Shown one piece after another: positions 32,940 to 46,590 of a stretch of DNA of 64,000 nt. The translations under genes and the position numbers were made by a program. This stretch comes from Candidatus Eiseniibacteriota bacterium. GTDB lineage: Bacteria > Eisenbacteria > RBG-16-71-46. The stretch spans positions 288,001-352,000 of the forward strand of contig CAVZLN010000003.1 in the NCBI GenBank assembly GCA_963776245.1. Reading direction: 5' to 3'. Under the pieces are notes generated by a model that did no database searches, was not told the origin of the DNA, and saw only the letters and a program-made list of their open reading frames with translations. Numbering within the stretch: position 1 is the first letter of the stretch; the number at the start of each line of letters is the position of its first letter.

Positions 32940-34418
32940 ATGAGCGGCGGCGAGGGCGGAAGGCGCGTCGTCGAGCCGGAGCCCGAGGTCGACGACCGCG
33001 TGAGCGGCAATCACCTCTGGCTGCTCCACTCCTGCGAGCGCCGGCTGTGGCTGGACCGTCACGCGCGCGAGGAGGCCGCGCCGGCGGGGGAGTTCGATGA
33101 GCTGTTGCGGCTTCGCGGCCGTGAGCACGAGGCGCTCGTGCGTTCCCGGATGGCGCCGTGCGAGGGACCGATCCACTGGCGCGGTCGTCCGATCGAGGAT
33201 TCGGTCGCCGAGACCCTGCGGCTCCTGCGCGAATCCCGCGCCACCCTCTACCAGCCCGCGCTTGTCGCGGCCGACGACCGCGCGCTGGGTGTCCCCGATT
33301 TCATCTACTGGGACGGCGACGCGCCCGTCGTGCACGACGCGAAGCTCGCCACGAACCTCGCGGACCACGGCGAGATCCCCCTTCAACTCACGCACTACCG
33401 GGTCCTGCTCGGCGACATGGGGCTGCCCGGGGCCCGCCTCGAGATCACCGACGGTCGCGGTGAGGTAGTCGAGATCGATCCCGTCCCGGAGACGGCCTAT
33501 TGCGAGCGCCGAACCCGGGCGAACGAGCTGCTGCGCGGCGGCCGCGAGCCCGATCTCCTGCTCGCGCACTCGACCTGCGGGGCGTGTCCGTTCTACGACC
33601 ACTGCTGGGATCGCGCCGAACGCGAACAGCGGATCGAGATCCTCCCGGGGGTGACGCAGTCCATCGGCGCCCGCTTCCGCGGCTTGGGCATCGGCACCGT
33701 GCGCGATCTCGCGGGCCTCGACCCGGACGCCATCCGCGGCCCCGGGGTGAAGGCGAAGGCCGAGTCCATCCTCGCCGAAGCGCGCGCGTTCCGCGACGCC
33801 GCCCCGGCCTGGATCGGGTCCCCCGACCTGCCCGCCGGGCGGCCCATCGTGTGGCTCGACTTCGAGGGCGTGATGGACCTGATTGACAACGCGCTGCCGA
33901 TCTACCTTTGGGGGCTCGCGGTCGATCGCGGATCGGAGGACCTCGAGACCGAGGCGATCCTCGCCGACACCTGGCCCGAGGGGAACGAGCAGGCCTGGCG
34001 CCGGTTCCTCGACCGGGCGAGCGAGATCCTGACGCGCTGGCCCGATTCGAGGTGGGTGCACTACCACCATTACGAGAAGGACTGGATCCGAAGATATGCC
34101 GCCGCCTTCGGCGACCCCGGAGGCGTTGTTCCCCGGCTCCAGCGCGCGCTGTGGGACCTCAACCTCGAAGGACTCGGCCGCTGGGTTCGACTGCCGTTGC
34201 GTTCCTACTCCATCAAGTTCGTGGCCCGCTACGTCGGCTTCGACTGGAGCAATCCCGAATCTGGTTCGCTGTGGTCCGTCGTCCAGTACCAGAAGGCGCG
34301 CGCGACCCCCGACCCGGCGGCGCGCCAGGCGCTGCTCGACGCCATCGTGCGCTACAACGGGGACGACCTGATGGCGATGCGCGCGGTCTGGAGGTGGATC
34401 GAGCGCGAGCGACCCTGA
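32940..34418 (+). CDS. TM0106-family RecB-like nuclease with HhH and RNase H-like domain
   Basis: CERRLWL, GVPDFI..DAKLA (PD-(D/E)xK-like), CGACPFYDHC, HhH GVTQSIG..GIGTV, WLDFEG, HYHHYE, YSIKFVA, YNGDD. Confidence 0.85.
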   Translation: MSGGEGGRRVVEPEPEVDDRVSGNHLWLLHSCERRLWLDRHAREEAAPAGEFDELLRLRGREHEALVRSRMAPCEGPIHWRGRPIEDSVAETLRLLRESRATLYQPALVAADDRALGVPDFIYWDGDAPVVHDAKLATNLADHGEIPLQLTHYRVLLGDMGLPGARLEITDGRGEVVEIDPVPETAYCERRTRANELLRGGREPDLLLAHSTCGACPFYDHCWDRAEREQRIEILPGVTQSIGARFRGLGIGTVRDLAGLDPDAIRGPGVKAKAESILAEARAFRDAAPAWIGSPDLPAGRPIVWLDFEGVMDLIDNALPIYLWGLAVDRGSEDLETEAILADTWPEGNEQAWRRFLDRASEILTRWPDSRWVHYHHYEKDWIRRYAAAFGDPGGVVPRLQRALWDLNLEGLGRWVRLPLRSYSIKFVARYVGFDWSNPESGSLWSVVQYQKARATPDPAARQALLDAIVRYNGDDLMAMRAVWRWIERERP

Positions 34419-34462
34419 CACCGATCACGACCGCTGAATCCGCGGTCCGGACCGCGCTGCGC

Positions 34463-34491
34463 TTGACTTTCGCCCGTCCCGACCCTAACGT
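34463..34491 (+). promoter_or_regulatory. Sigma70 promoter of the tRNA-tilS-hpt-ftsH unit
   Basis: TTGACT-N17-TAACGT. Confidence 0.75.
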
Positions 34492-34525
34492 TCCACCCCG
34501 CATTCGACCACGCGGTCACCTTCGT

Positions 34526-34601
34526 GGCGGTGTAGCTCAGCTGGTAGAGCAGGGGAATCATAATCCCTGTGTCGGGGGTTCAAGTCCCTCCGCCGCCACC
34601 A
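34526..34601 (+). tRNA. tRNA with CAT anticodon, most likely elongator tRNA-Met; CCA encoded
   Basis: GGCGGTG acceptor/CGCCGCC-A-CCA, D arm GCTC/GAGC, anticodon arm GGGGA-ATCATAA-TCCCT, T loop TTCAAGT. G1-C72 argues against initiator; G4-C69/G5-C68 argues against E. coli-type Ile2. Confidence 0.95.
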
Positions 34602-34618
34602 CCTTCTCCCGACCCCCC

Positions 34619-36052
34619 ATGCGCCTGCGTCGCATCGAGCCGGTCCTCCGCCGCGCCCTCCGCGGGGCGTGCGCGCTGGCGCCCGGATCGCGGGTGCTGG
34701 TGGCCGTGAGCGGGGGCGCCGACTCGACCGCGCTCCTGCTCGGCCTGCGCGCGGTCGCCCCCCGCCTCGGTCTGGAGCTCCACGCCGCGCACCTCGACCA
34801 CGGCCTGCGCGGCGAGGAGTCGGCCGCCGACGCCGCCTTCTGCGGCGCGCTATGCGCGCGTCTCGAGGTGCCGCTGGCGAGCGCGCGGATCGACGCGCGG
34901 GCCCGGCTGCGCCGGCGGGGACTGACGGGCGAAGCGGGGCTGCGGGCGCTGCGACGGGAGTTCCTGCTCGCGACCGCCCGCCGCGTGAGGGCCGATGCCA
35001 TCGCCACCGCGCACACCGCGGACGACCAGCTCGAGACCGTGATGCTGCGCCTGATGCGCGGCACCGGGCTGGTCGGACTGGGGGCGATCCGCACGCGCCA
35101 CGGGCGGTTCGTTCACCCGCTGCTCGAGGCCACGCGCGAGCAGGTCGAGGCCGACCTGCGGGCGGCGGGTCAACCATGGCGGGAGGACGCCTCGAACCGC
35201 GATCTCGCCTTCGCACGCAACCGCGTGCGGCACATCGTGGTGCCCGCGCTGCTCACGGCGCTCGGCCCGGGCGGGTCGCGTCCGGGCGCACGCGGGGGGC
35301 TCGCGCTGCGGGTCGGTTCGGCGGCGCTCGAGGCCGCGGATGCCGCGGCCGGACTGTTCCGTCGCGCCCGCCTCATCCTGGCGCGGCGCCACCGCATCCA
35401 AGCGGGGGGATCGTCGCTTGATTCGCAGGGGTGGGCTACCTACCCTGCCGCGACCCGCCGCATGGTGTTGCGCGCCCTCTGGGAGCGCGCGGCCCCGCGG
35501 GCGGGAGGACTCACGCGGAGGCATCTGGACGCCCTCGACCGGCTGGCGGCCGGCGGGCGCGCGGGCGCCCGGGTGGCGCTGCCCGGAGGCCGATTGGCCG
35601 AACGGGGCCGCGGCGTCGTAACCTTCCGGGCGAGCGGATCCCGGGACGCGGGCACTCCCGCCCGCCCCCGCGAGTTGTGCGTGCCCGGGCGCGCCGTCGC
35701 ACGGGCCGGCGCGGTGCGCGGAAGCTGGACCACGGGCGCGGTGGCGCGCCGGCGTGCCGGGCTCGAGAGCCCGCGCGAGGAGTTCTTCGCCGCCGAAGCG
35801 CTGGCGGGCAGTCTGGAGCTGCGCGAGGGTCGTGACGACGAGTGGTTCGTGCCGTTCGGGCGGACGCGCGCGGTGCGCCTGAAGCAGTTCTTGCGGAAGC
35901 AATCGGTGTCTCGGGATGTGCGGTCCCATCCGACCGTCCTAGCCGACTCCGGAGGCATCCTCTGGGTGGTGGGTGTGCGGCGCGCTTCGCGCGGCATGGT
36001 GACCCGCTCCACCCGGCGGGCGCTCCGGGTCCACGTGGAGGCCCATGACTGA
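34619..36052 (+). CDS. tilS: tRNA(Ile)-lysidine synthetase
   Basis: VAVSGGADS, DHGLR, AHTADDQLET, EDASN, RNRVR; C-terminal TilS_C region. Confidence 0.95.
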   Translation: MRLRRIEPVLRRALRGACALAPGSRVLVAVSGGADSTALLLGLRAVAPRLGLELHAAHLDHGLRGEESAADAAFCGALCARLEVPLASARIDARARLRRRGLTGEAGLRALRREFLLATARRVRADAIATAHTADDQLETVMLRLMRGTGLVGLGAIRTRHGRFVHPLLEATREQVEADLRAAGQPWREDASNRDLAFARNRVRHIVVPALLTALGPGGSRPGARGGLALRVGSAALEAADAAAGLFRRARLILARRHRIQAGGSSLDSQGWATYPAATRRMVLRALWERAAPRAGGLTRRHLDALDRLAAGGRAGARVALPGGRLAERGRGVVTFRASGSRDAGTPARPRELCVPGRAVARAGAVRGSWTTGAVARRRAGLESPREEFFAAEALAGSLELREGRDDEWFVPFGRTRAVRLKQFLRKQSVSRDVRSHPTVLADSGGILWVVGVRRASRGMVTRSTRRALRVHVEAHD

Positions 36053-36596
36053 TCGCCCACTCGCTCTCCAGACCGAGCCCGGCCTGCGGGTGATGTTCAG
36101 CGCCGAGCAGATCCAGACGCGCGTGCGCGAGATGGGGCTGGAGGTGGCGCGCGACCACGCCGGTCTCAAGCCATTGTTCGTGGCGGTGCTCAAGGGCGCC
36201 TGCATGTTCCAGTGCGACCTCGCGCGCGCCACGCCCACCGACCTCGAGCTCGACTTCCTGGCGGTGTCGTCGTACGGCCGCAGCACGACCTCGACGGGCA
36301 TCGTGAAGCTCATCATGGATCTCCGTTCCGACATCACCGGACGCCATCTCGTGCTGTGCGAGGGCGTGGTGGATTCCGGCCTGAGCGTGCAGTTCATCCT
36401 GGACCTGCTGAAGTCCCGCGGAGCGGCCAGCATCAAGGTGGCCGCGCTGCTCGACAAGCGTCCGTGCCGCAAGATCGAGGTGCCGGTGGATTACGTGGGA
36501 TGGACCATCGGCTCCGAGTTCGTGATCGGGTACGGCATGGATCACGACGAACGCTACCGCAATCTGCCCTACGTGGGCGTCATCGAGGAGGCATGA
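36045..36596 (+). CDS. hpt: Hypoxanthine phosphoribosyltransferase
   Basis: [36 protein letters not shown]. Confidence 0.95.
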   Translation: MTDRPLALQTEPGLRVMFSAEQIQTRVREMGLEVARDHAGLKPLFVAVLKGACMFQCDLARATPTDLELDFLAVSSYGRSTTSTGIVKLIMDLRSDITGRHLVLCEGVVDSGLSVQFILDLLKSRGAASIKVAALLDKRPCRKIEVPVDYVGWTIGSEFVIGYGMDHDERYRNLPYVGVIEEA

Positions 36597-36600
36597 ACCC

Positions 36601-38667
<2,067 letters not shown>

Positions 38668-38733
38668 CGGCCGGGCCGGTCCCCGCGCGGCGCCGGCCGT
38701 CGCCCGGGGAAACCGCAGGCTTTGCCCCGCGCT

Positions 38734-38763
38734 TGCAACCTTTCCCGCAGCGCCGCCGTCCAA
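38734..38763 (+). promoter_or_regulatory. Putative ECF sigma factor promoter
   Basis: TGCAACC-N16-CGTCCAA fits the AAC...CGT pattern of ECF promoters. Confidence 0.55.
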
Positions 38764-38767
38764 GGAA

Positions 38768-38887
38768 GTGTCGCGCGACTGCGAACGCACGACCAGCAGC
38801 AGGTCACCCGAGCGAGGTGACGCGGTGAGGCAAGCACCGCGGCCCCAGCGATGACGCCCGGCCCATGGATGGCCGGGCGTTCGCGTT
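38768..38887 (+). ncRNA. Candidate structured small RNA (or leaderless 28-aa ORF transcript)
   Basis: Downstream of the ECF-like promoter; hairpins GTCACC/GGTGAC (38803-38821), CGCGGTG/CACCGCG (38821-38841) and ACGCCCGGCC/GGCCGGGCGT (38854-38880) followed by TCGCGTT. Confidence 0.4.
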
Positions 38888-38926
38888 GCGGAGCGCTCCC
38901 TCCGAGTCGGGCGCGGGGCCGGCCTC

Positions 38927-41085
38927 TCAGCGGGTCGCGGGCGGGTCGGTGAACGTCGCGCCCTCCGCCACCTTCCGGCTGAGCAGCTTCGCGGGCTCGA
39001 AGCGCTCGCCCTTCTCGGCGCGCAGCGCCTGGAGCCGCGCCTCCACCCGGGCCAGCCCGAGCGTGTCGGCCCAGCGCAGCACGCCGCCGCGGTAGGGCGG
39101 AAAGCCGGTGCCGAAGATCATCGCCAGGTCGAGCATGCCGGCGTCGGCGACGACGCCCTCCTCGAGGCAGCGCGCGGCCTCGTTGATCATCGCCAGCACC
39201 ATGCGCTCCGAGAGCGTCTCGAGGCTCGGCGCCTTGCGCTCGCGCTCGAGTCCGAGCAGCGCGGCGACCGCGGGGTCGGCGGTGCGCTTGCGGCCCGCGT
39301 GGCGGTAGAAGCCGAGGCCGTTCTTCTTGCCGAGCCGGCCCGCGGCCACCAGCTTCTCGAGCGCGGGCGGCCTCGCATGCGATCCGGGAACGCGTTCGAC
39401 AGCACGCCGCGCCACCTTCTCCGCCACGTCGAGCCCGACCTCGTCCACCACCTCGAACGGGCCCATCGGCATGCCGAAGCGTTTCATCGAGGCGTCGATG
39501 TCGGTGAGCGGGTAGCCTTCCTCGAGCAGGTGCAGCGCCTCGCGCAGGTACGGCATGAGGATGCGGTTCACCACGAACCCGGGCGCGTCGCTTCACCACC
39601 ACCGGCGTCTTGCCGAGCCGTCGCGCCAGCGCGACGGCGGTCACCAGCGCTCCGTCGCTGGTGGCCCGCGCCGCGCACCACCTCGACCAGCGGCATCTGG
39701 TGCACCGGGTTGAAGAAGTGGAAGCCGCAGAAGCGCTCGGGATGCTGCAGCCCGTCGGCGAGCGCGTCCACGGAGAGCGACGAGGTGTTGGTCGCGAGCA
39801 CCGCCTCGGGCCGGATGCGCACCTCGAGCTCGGCGAACACGCGGCGCTTGATGTCGAGGTCCTCGACCACCGCCTCGATCGCGAAGTCGGCACGCGACAT
39901 CCCGGTCAGCTCGAGCGTGGGCAGGATGCGCGCCATCTGGTTGTCGCGCTCGCCCGCGCTCGTGCGCTTCTTGCGGCCGCGCTCGTCGATGAGCCCGCGC
40001 ACCGTCAGCAGCGCCTTGGTGCAGCGCCGCGGGCGCGATGTCGCGCACCCGCACCTCGATGCCGTTGCGGCTCGCCAGCTCGGCGATGCCGCCGCCCATC
40101 ACGCCGGCGCCCGCCAGCACCATGCGCTCGACGCGCGCGGGCTGGACCGACGCGTCGGCGACCACCGCGTCCTTCTTGGCGCGCTCCGAGAGCTGGAAGA
40201 TGCGCACCAGGTTCTTGCACACCGGCCCGGTCACGAGGTGCGCGACCTCGTCCGCCTCGAGCGCGAGCCCGCGCTCGACCGATTGCCCGATCGAAGTGCT
40301 CGAGCACGCGCAGGATGCGAGGCGGCGCCGGGTAGTGCCCGCCGGTGCGCGCCCTGACCGTCGCGCGCGCCTGGCTGAAGCACGAGCGCGCGTCCGAACG
40401 GGGTGCGGTCGAGGAACCAGCCCATGGTGTCCTTCGGCCGGTGCGCGTCGCGCCGCTTCCCGGCCGGGCGCGACGATCAGCTCGCGCACCCGCTGCTCGG
40501 CCGCCTCGACCAGCCACGCCGCGGGCACCGCCCGCGCGACCAGGCCCATGCGCTCGGCGCGCTTGCGCGTCGAGCGCGCGCCCGGTGAGCAGCAGGTCGA
40601 GGGCGCCGGGCAGGCCGATCAGGCGCGGCAGCCGCGTGGTGCCGCCGAAGCCGGGCAGGATGCCGAGCAGCACCTCGGGCAGTCCGATCTGGGTGCGCGG
40701 CTCCTCGCTCGCGACCCGCGAATCGCACGCCAGCGCCAGCTCGACGCCGCCGCCCAGGCACACGCCGTCGATGGCCGCGACCGTGGGCACCCGCAGCGCC
40801 GCGAGCCGCCCGTAGACCGCGTGCGCGCGGCGCACCAGGGTCCGCACCTGCTCGGGGTCGGTGAGCGTGGCGATGGCGTTGACGTCGGCGCCGGCGATGA
40901 ACGAGCCGCTCTTGCCGCTGCGCAGCACCACCCCGCGCACGTCCGGGTCGGCCTCGATCGCCGACAGCGCCGCCTCGAGGGAGGCGATGGCGGTCTCGTC
41001 GATGCACGTTGAGCTTGCGCGCCGGATCGTCCATCACGAGGTGGACGATGCCCTCGGCCCCGCGCTCGACGCGGAACGCGCTCAT
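38927..41085 (-). CDS. fadJ: Fatty acid oxidation complex alpha subunit (enoyl-CoA hydratase/3-hydroxyacyl-CoA dehydrogenase); multiple frameshifts
   Basis: FIAGADV, CLGGGVELALAC, GLPEVLLG..PGFGGT, GAGVMGGGIA, IEAVVEDL, NTSSL, HFFNPV, GMPMGPF, FGTGFPP, spread over several frames. Confidence 0.88.
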
Positions 41086-42365
41086 GACGCACGCTCCAGC
41101 ACGAAGGCCGCGCCCTGTCCGCCGCCCACGCACAGCGAGGCGATGCCCCGCTTCGCGCCGCGGCGGCGCAGCTCCATCAGCAGGGTGAGCAGCAGGCGCG
41201 CCCCGCTCGCGCCCACCGGGTGCCCGAGCGCGATGGCGCCGCCGTTGACGTTGAGCCGCTCCCGCGGGATCGCGCCGAGCGCGGCGCCGAGGCCCAGCTC
41301 GTCGCGCGCGAAGGCCGCGGACTCCGCGGCCGCGAGGCACGCCAGCACCTGCACGGCGAAGGCCTCGTTGATCTCGATCAGGTCCATGTCGTCGATCGTC
41401 AGCCCGGCCTTCGCGAGCGCCTTCGCCATCGCGTACACCGGGCCCAGCCCCATGCGCCGCGGGGAGAGCCCCGCGAACGCCGCGGCCCGGATGCGCCCGA
41501 GCGGCGGCATCGGCCACGCCTGGGCGGTGGCGTCGTCGCCGAGCAGCAGCGCCACCGCGCCGTCGGTCATCGGGCACGCGTTGCCGACCGTCACGGTGCC
41601 GTTGCGCCGGTCGAAGAACGGCTTGAGCTTCGCCAGCTGCTCGACCGACTGGCCTTCGCGCGGGCCGACGTCGTCCGTCACGGCCTCGTACTTCGGCGGC
41701 GGGAACACCGGCACCGACTCCTCGCGCAGGCGCTCGCGCGCGGCCACGGTGCGGGTGTGGCTCTCGACCGCGAACAGGTCCTGCTGTTCGCGGGTGATGC
41801 GGAACTCGCGGCCCAGCACCTCGGCGGTCTGGCCCATGTTGAGTCCGCAGGTGATATCGGTGAGGCCCTCCATGATCGAGATGCGCGGCGCCAGCATCTT
41901 CGGCCGGAACGCCGCGAACGCGCCGAGCCTCTGCACCGGGGTCTGGGCGCGCATCAGGCCCTCGAGCCAGTCGGAGTAGTCGAAGTTGTACATGAGCGGG
42001 ATCTGGCTCATGGACTCCATGCCGCCGGCCAGCACCAGCGAGGCCTCGCCGGCACGGATCCTCAGCGCGCCGTCGGCCACCGATTCCATGCCCGAGGCGC
42101 AGTTGCGGTGCACGGTAAAGCCGGGCACGCGCTCGGGGATGCCGGCGCGCAGGGCGGTCACGCGGGCGACATTCGCCGCCTCGGCGGGCTGGGCGCAGTT
42201 GCCGAGGATGACCTCGTCGATGCGCGCCGGATCGAGGTCCTGGCGCGCCAGCAGCTCGGTGATCACCATGCGTCCGAGCTCGTACACCGGCGTGCGCTTG
42301 AACGCCGTGCCCGCCTTGGCGAACGGCGTGCGCAACCCCGCGAGGATCCAGACCGCGTCACTCAT
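41082..42365 (-). CDS. fadI: Acetyl-CoA C-acyltransferase (thiolase)
   Basis: RTPF, NCASG, GGMESMS, NEAFA, GHPVGASG, LCVGGGQG; ATGA-coupled to fadJ. Confidence 0.9.
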   Translation of the reverse strand: MSDAVWILAGLRTPFAKAGTAFKRTPVYELGRMVITELLARQDLDPARIDEVILGNCAQPAEAANVARVTALRAGIPERVPGFTVHRNCASGMESVADGALRIRAGEASLVLAGGMESMSQIPLMYNFDYSDWLEGLMRAQTPVQRLGAFAAFRPKMLAPRISIMEGLTDITCGLNMGQTAEVLGREFRITREQQDLFAVESHTRTVAARERLREESVPVFPPPKYEAVTDDVGPREGQSVEQLAKLKPFFDRRNGTVTVGNACPMTDGAVALLLGDDATAQAWPMPPLGRIRAAAFAGLSPRRMGLGPVYAMAKALAKAGLTIDDMDLIEINEAFAVQVLACLAAAESAAFARDELGLGAALGAIPRERLNVNGGAIALGHPVGASGARLLLTLLMELRRRGAKRGIASLCVGGGQGAAFVLERAS

Positions 42366-42376
42366 CGGCGGAGACC

Positions 42377-43165
42377 CTACTTCCGGGGGAGCCGGGCGAG
42401 CAGCTCCCGCGCCTCGGCCTGGTACTGCTTGTCGCGGCCGCTGCTGGTGGGCGGCAGCGACACCGCCTTCTCGAGCTCGCGCCGGGCGTCGTCCCAGCGC
42501 TTGAGGTCCGCGAACGTGCGCCCCAGCTCGAGGTGGTGGTTCACGTAGTCCGGCTCGAGCGCGATCGCCTTCTGGAAGTCGCGCACCGCATTGTCCATCG
42601 ACGCGCCCTTGGGGACGCCGCCCAGCACGGTGTTGGCGGCGGCGCGCTCGATGAAGTTGAGGCTCGCGATCTTGCGGTTCCACGCGCCGCGCACGTGATA
42701 GGCGCGGCCGATGCCCGGGTCGAGCGCGATGGCGCGGTCCACCTCGTCCTTGATCTCGCGCGAGAGCGCCAGGCGGGTCTTGGGGCCTTCCTTGAGCGCC
42801 TGGCGGCCGAGCGCCACCGCCAGCCACACGTGCCCCCGCGCGCTGTCGGGAGCGGCCTTGACCGCGGACCGGGCGTGGGCGACCGCGGCGGACACCAGCC
42901 GGCTGCGGGCGTCGCCCTCGGCGTCCTCACCCAGCTCGGACTCCACGCGGGCGATGCGGCAGAGCGCCTCGAACGAGCCGGGCTGCGAGTTGAGCGCCGC
43001 CTCGTAGGCGGCGCGGGCGTCCACGAGGTCGCCGCGGGCGTACATCTGATCGCCGCGCTCGAGATCCTGAGGGAACGACTGGGCAGCAACGCGACCTGCC
43101 GTCAGCAGCAGGGCGACTGCCGCGACGAACGCCGCGGCGGCGCGGGACCAGCGGTACACGGCCAT
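42377..43165 (-). CDS. Secreted TPR-repeat protein
   Basis: Signal peptide ending VAAQ; TPR helices; ALDP, FIERAAANTVLGG, FQKAIALEP. Confidence 0.8.
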   Translation of the reverse strand: MAVYRWSRAAAAFVAAVALLLTAGRVAAQSFPQDLERGDQMYARGDLVDARAAYEAALNSQPGSFEALCRIARVESELGEDAEGDARSRLVSAAVAHARSAVKAAPDSARGHVWLAVALGRQALKEGPKTRLALSREIKDEVDRAIALDPGIGRAYHVRGAWNRKIASLNFIERAAANTVLGGVPKGASMDNAVRDFQKAIALEPDYVNHHLELGRTFADLKRWDDARRELEKAVSLPPTSSGRDKQYQAEARELLARLPRK

Positions 43166-43431
43166 GCGTGGGCTCCTTCCCCCCCGGGCGCGTCATGCGC
43201 CGACGGACAGCGCGACTCTCACGCACGCTCGCGGGGATGTCAACGCTCGAGGCATGAGCGGGCCGAGCGGGGACGCCGCAGGTCCTGGCCCCGCGCGCGC
43301 CACCGGGGCGTCCTCCCCCGCGGGCCGTCCACCCTCGCGGCGTTTTCCCTTGAGGTGGCCGGGGGACGATGCTAAGCACTACCCCTCAGGCCGCCTCCCC
43401 CCCTCAGCGGCCCGACCTCCGGAGGCCGGGC

Positions 43432-45240
<1,809 letters not shown>

Positions 45241-45280
45241 CGCTCGCATGTTCTCCACCCACCTCAGGAGACCGGACACG

Positions 45281-46568
45281 ATGAAACGGACGAGGATCGC
45301 CCTCGCCGCCGCGCTGCTCATGGCGGCGGTCCTCCCGGCCACGGCACAGGCGGCCGGCTACGCCATCTACGAGCAGGGCGCCGCGGTGCTCGGCATGGCC
45401 GGGGCCGGCACCGCCTCGGTGCACGACGCCTCGGCGGTGTTCTTCAATCCGGCCCGGTTGGTGGCGCTGCCCGGCACGCAGTTCTACGCCGGCGGCAACG
45501 CGCTCACGGTCGCCAACTCCTTCGCGGGCGTCGATCCCTATCCGGGCTACGGCGTGACCGAGGCGATGAAGACCCAGACGTTCTACCCGCCGAATGTCTA
45601 TCTGACCAAGAACTTCGGCGGCGCGTTCGCGGTCGGCGCCGGGTTCAACGCTCCGTTCGGACTGGGCATCGAGTGGGAGAACCCGGCCACCTTCACCGGC
45701 CGCGCCATCGCCACCAAGGCGGACGTCAAGGGGCTCAACGCGAGCCTGAACGTGGCCCACGCGATCGGTTCCCGCGCCTCCATCGCCGTGGGCTTCGACG
45801 CGCTGTTCGCCAGCGTCAGCCTGCGCCAGGTCGCACAGGTCCCGGTGCCGGGCGGAGGCGGCGCCATCGTGGACGTGGCCACCGCCGCGCTGAAGGCCGA
45901 TCTCACGCCGGGATACGGATGGAACGCCGCGCTCTGGCTCCAGCCCACCCCGCGCACCCAGCTCGGCCTCGCGTACCGCAGCCGCGTGTCGGTGGACGTG
46001 GACGGCACGGTGGACTTCACGGCCATCCCGACCGGCGATCCGATCGTGGATGCCGGCGCGGCGGCCAAGCTCCAGGACCAGGGGGTCTCGAGCACGCTCT
46101 CCTTCCCCGCCCAGTGGTCGATGGGGCTGGCGTACTCACCCACCCCGGCGTGGACCTTCGAGGGCGACTTGAACTGGACGGAATGGTCGTTCTTCAAGGA
46201 TCTGCCCATCCATTTCAAGAAGTCGCCTGCGCTCGACAAGAAGGTCGAGGAGGACTACCGGGACCAGCTCCAGGTGCGCCTGGGCGCCGAGCACCGGCTC
46301 GCGAACTACACCTACCGGTTCGGCTACTACTACGACCGGGCCGCCGCGCCGGTGCAGTCGGTGACCCCGCTGCTGCCCGGACGCGGACCGCAATGGGATC
46401 TCGGTCGGCTTCGGTCTGCCGATCGCGAAGCGGTTCGCCCTCGACGTGTACGATTGCGCGTTGTTCGTGCGCCGGCGCAGCACCGACGGCCAGGAGCGCG
46501 ACAACTACAACGGTGTGTACAAGGGCTTCGTCAACATGGCCGGCGCGGCGCTGTCCTGCCGCTTCTAG
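45281..46568 (+). CDS. fadL: FadL/OmpP1 family outer-membrane lipid transporter; +1 frameshift at about 46380
   Basis: AGYAIYEQ, GMAGAG, DASAVFFNPA (NPA motif), APFGL, WTEWS. After correction it reads LPDADRNG and ends in Phe (CRF-stop). Confidence 0.88.
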
Positions 46569-46590
46569 CGCACACGGGAGAAGACCAGCG

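Noticed and set aside
32940..34601. Integrated mobile element or Cas4 locus at the tRNA
   Set aside because: No integrase, no duplicated tRNA end and no cas1 or array seen.
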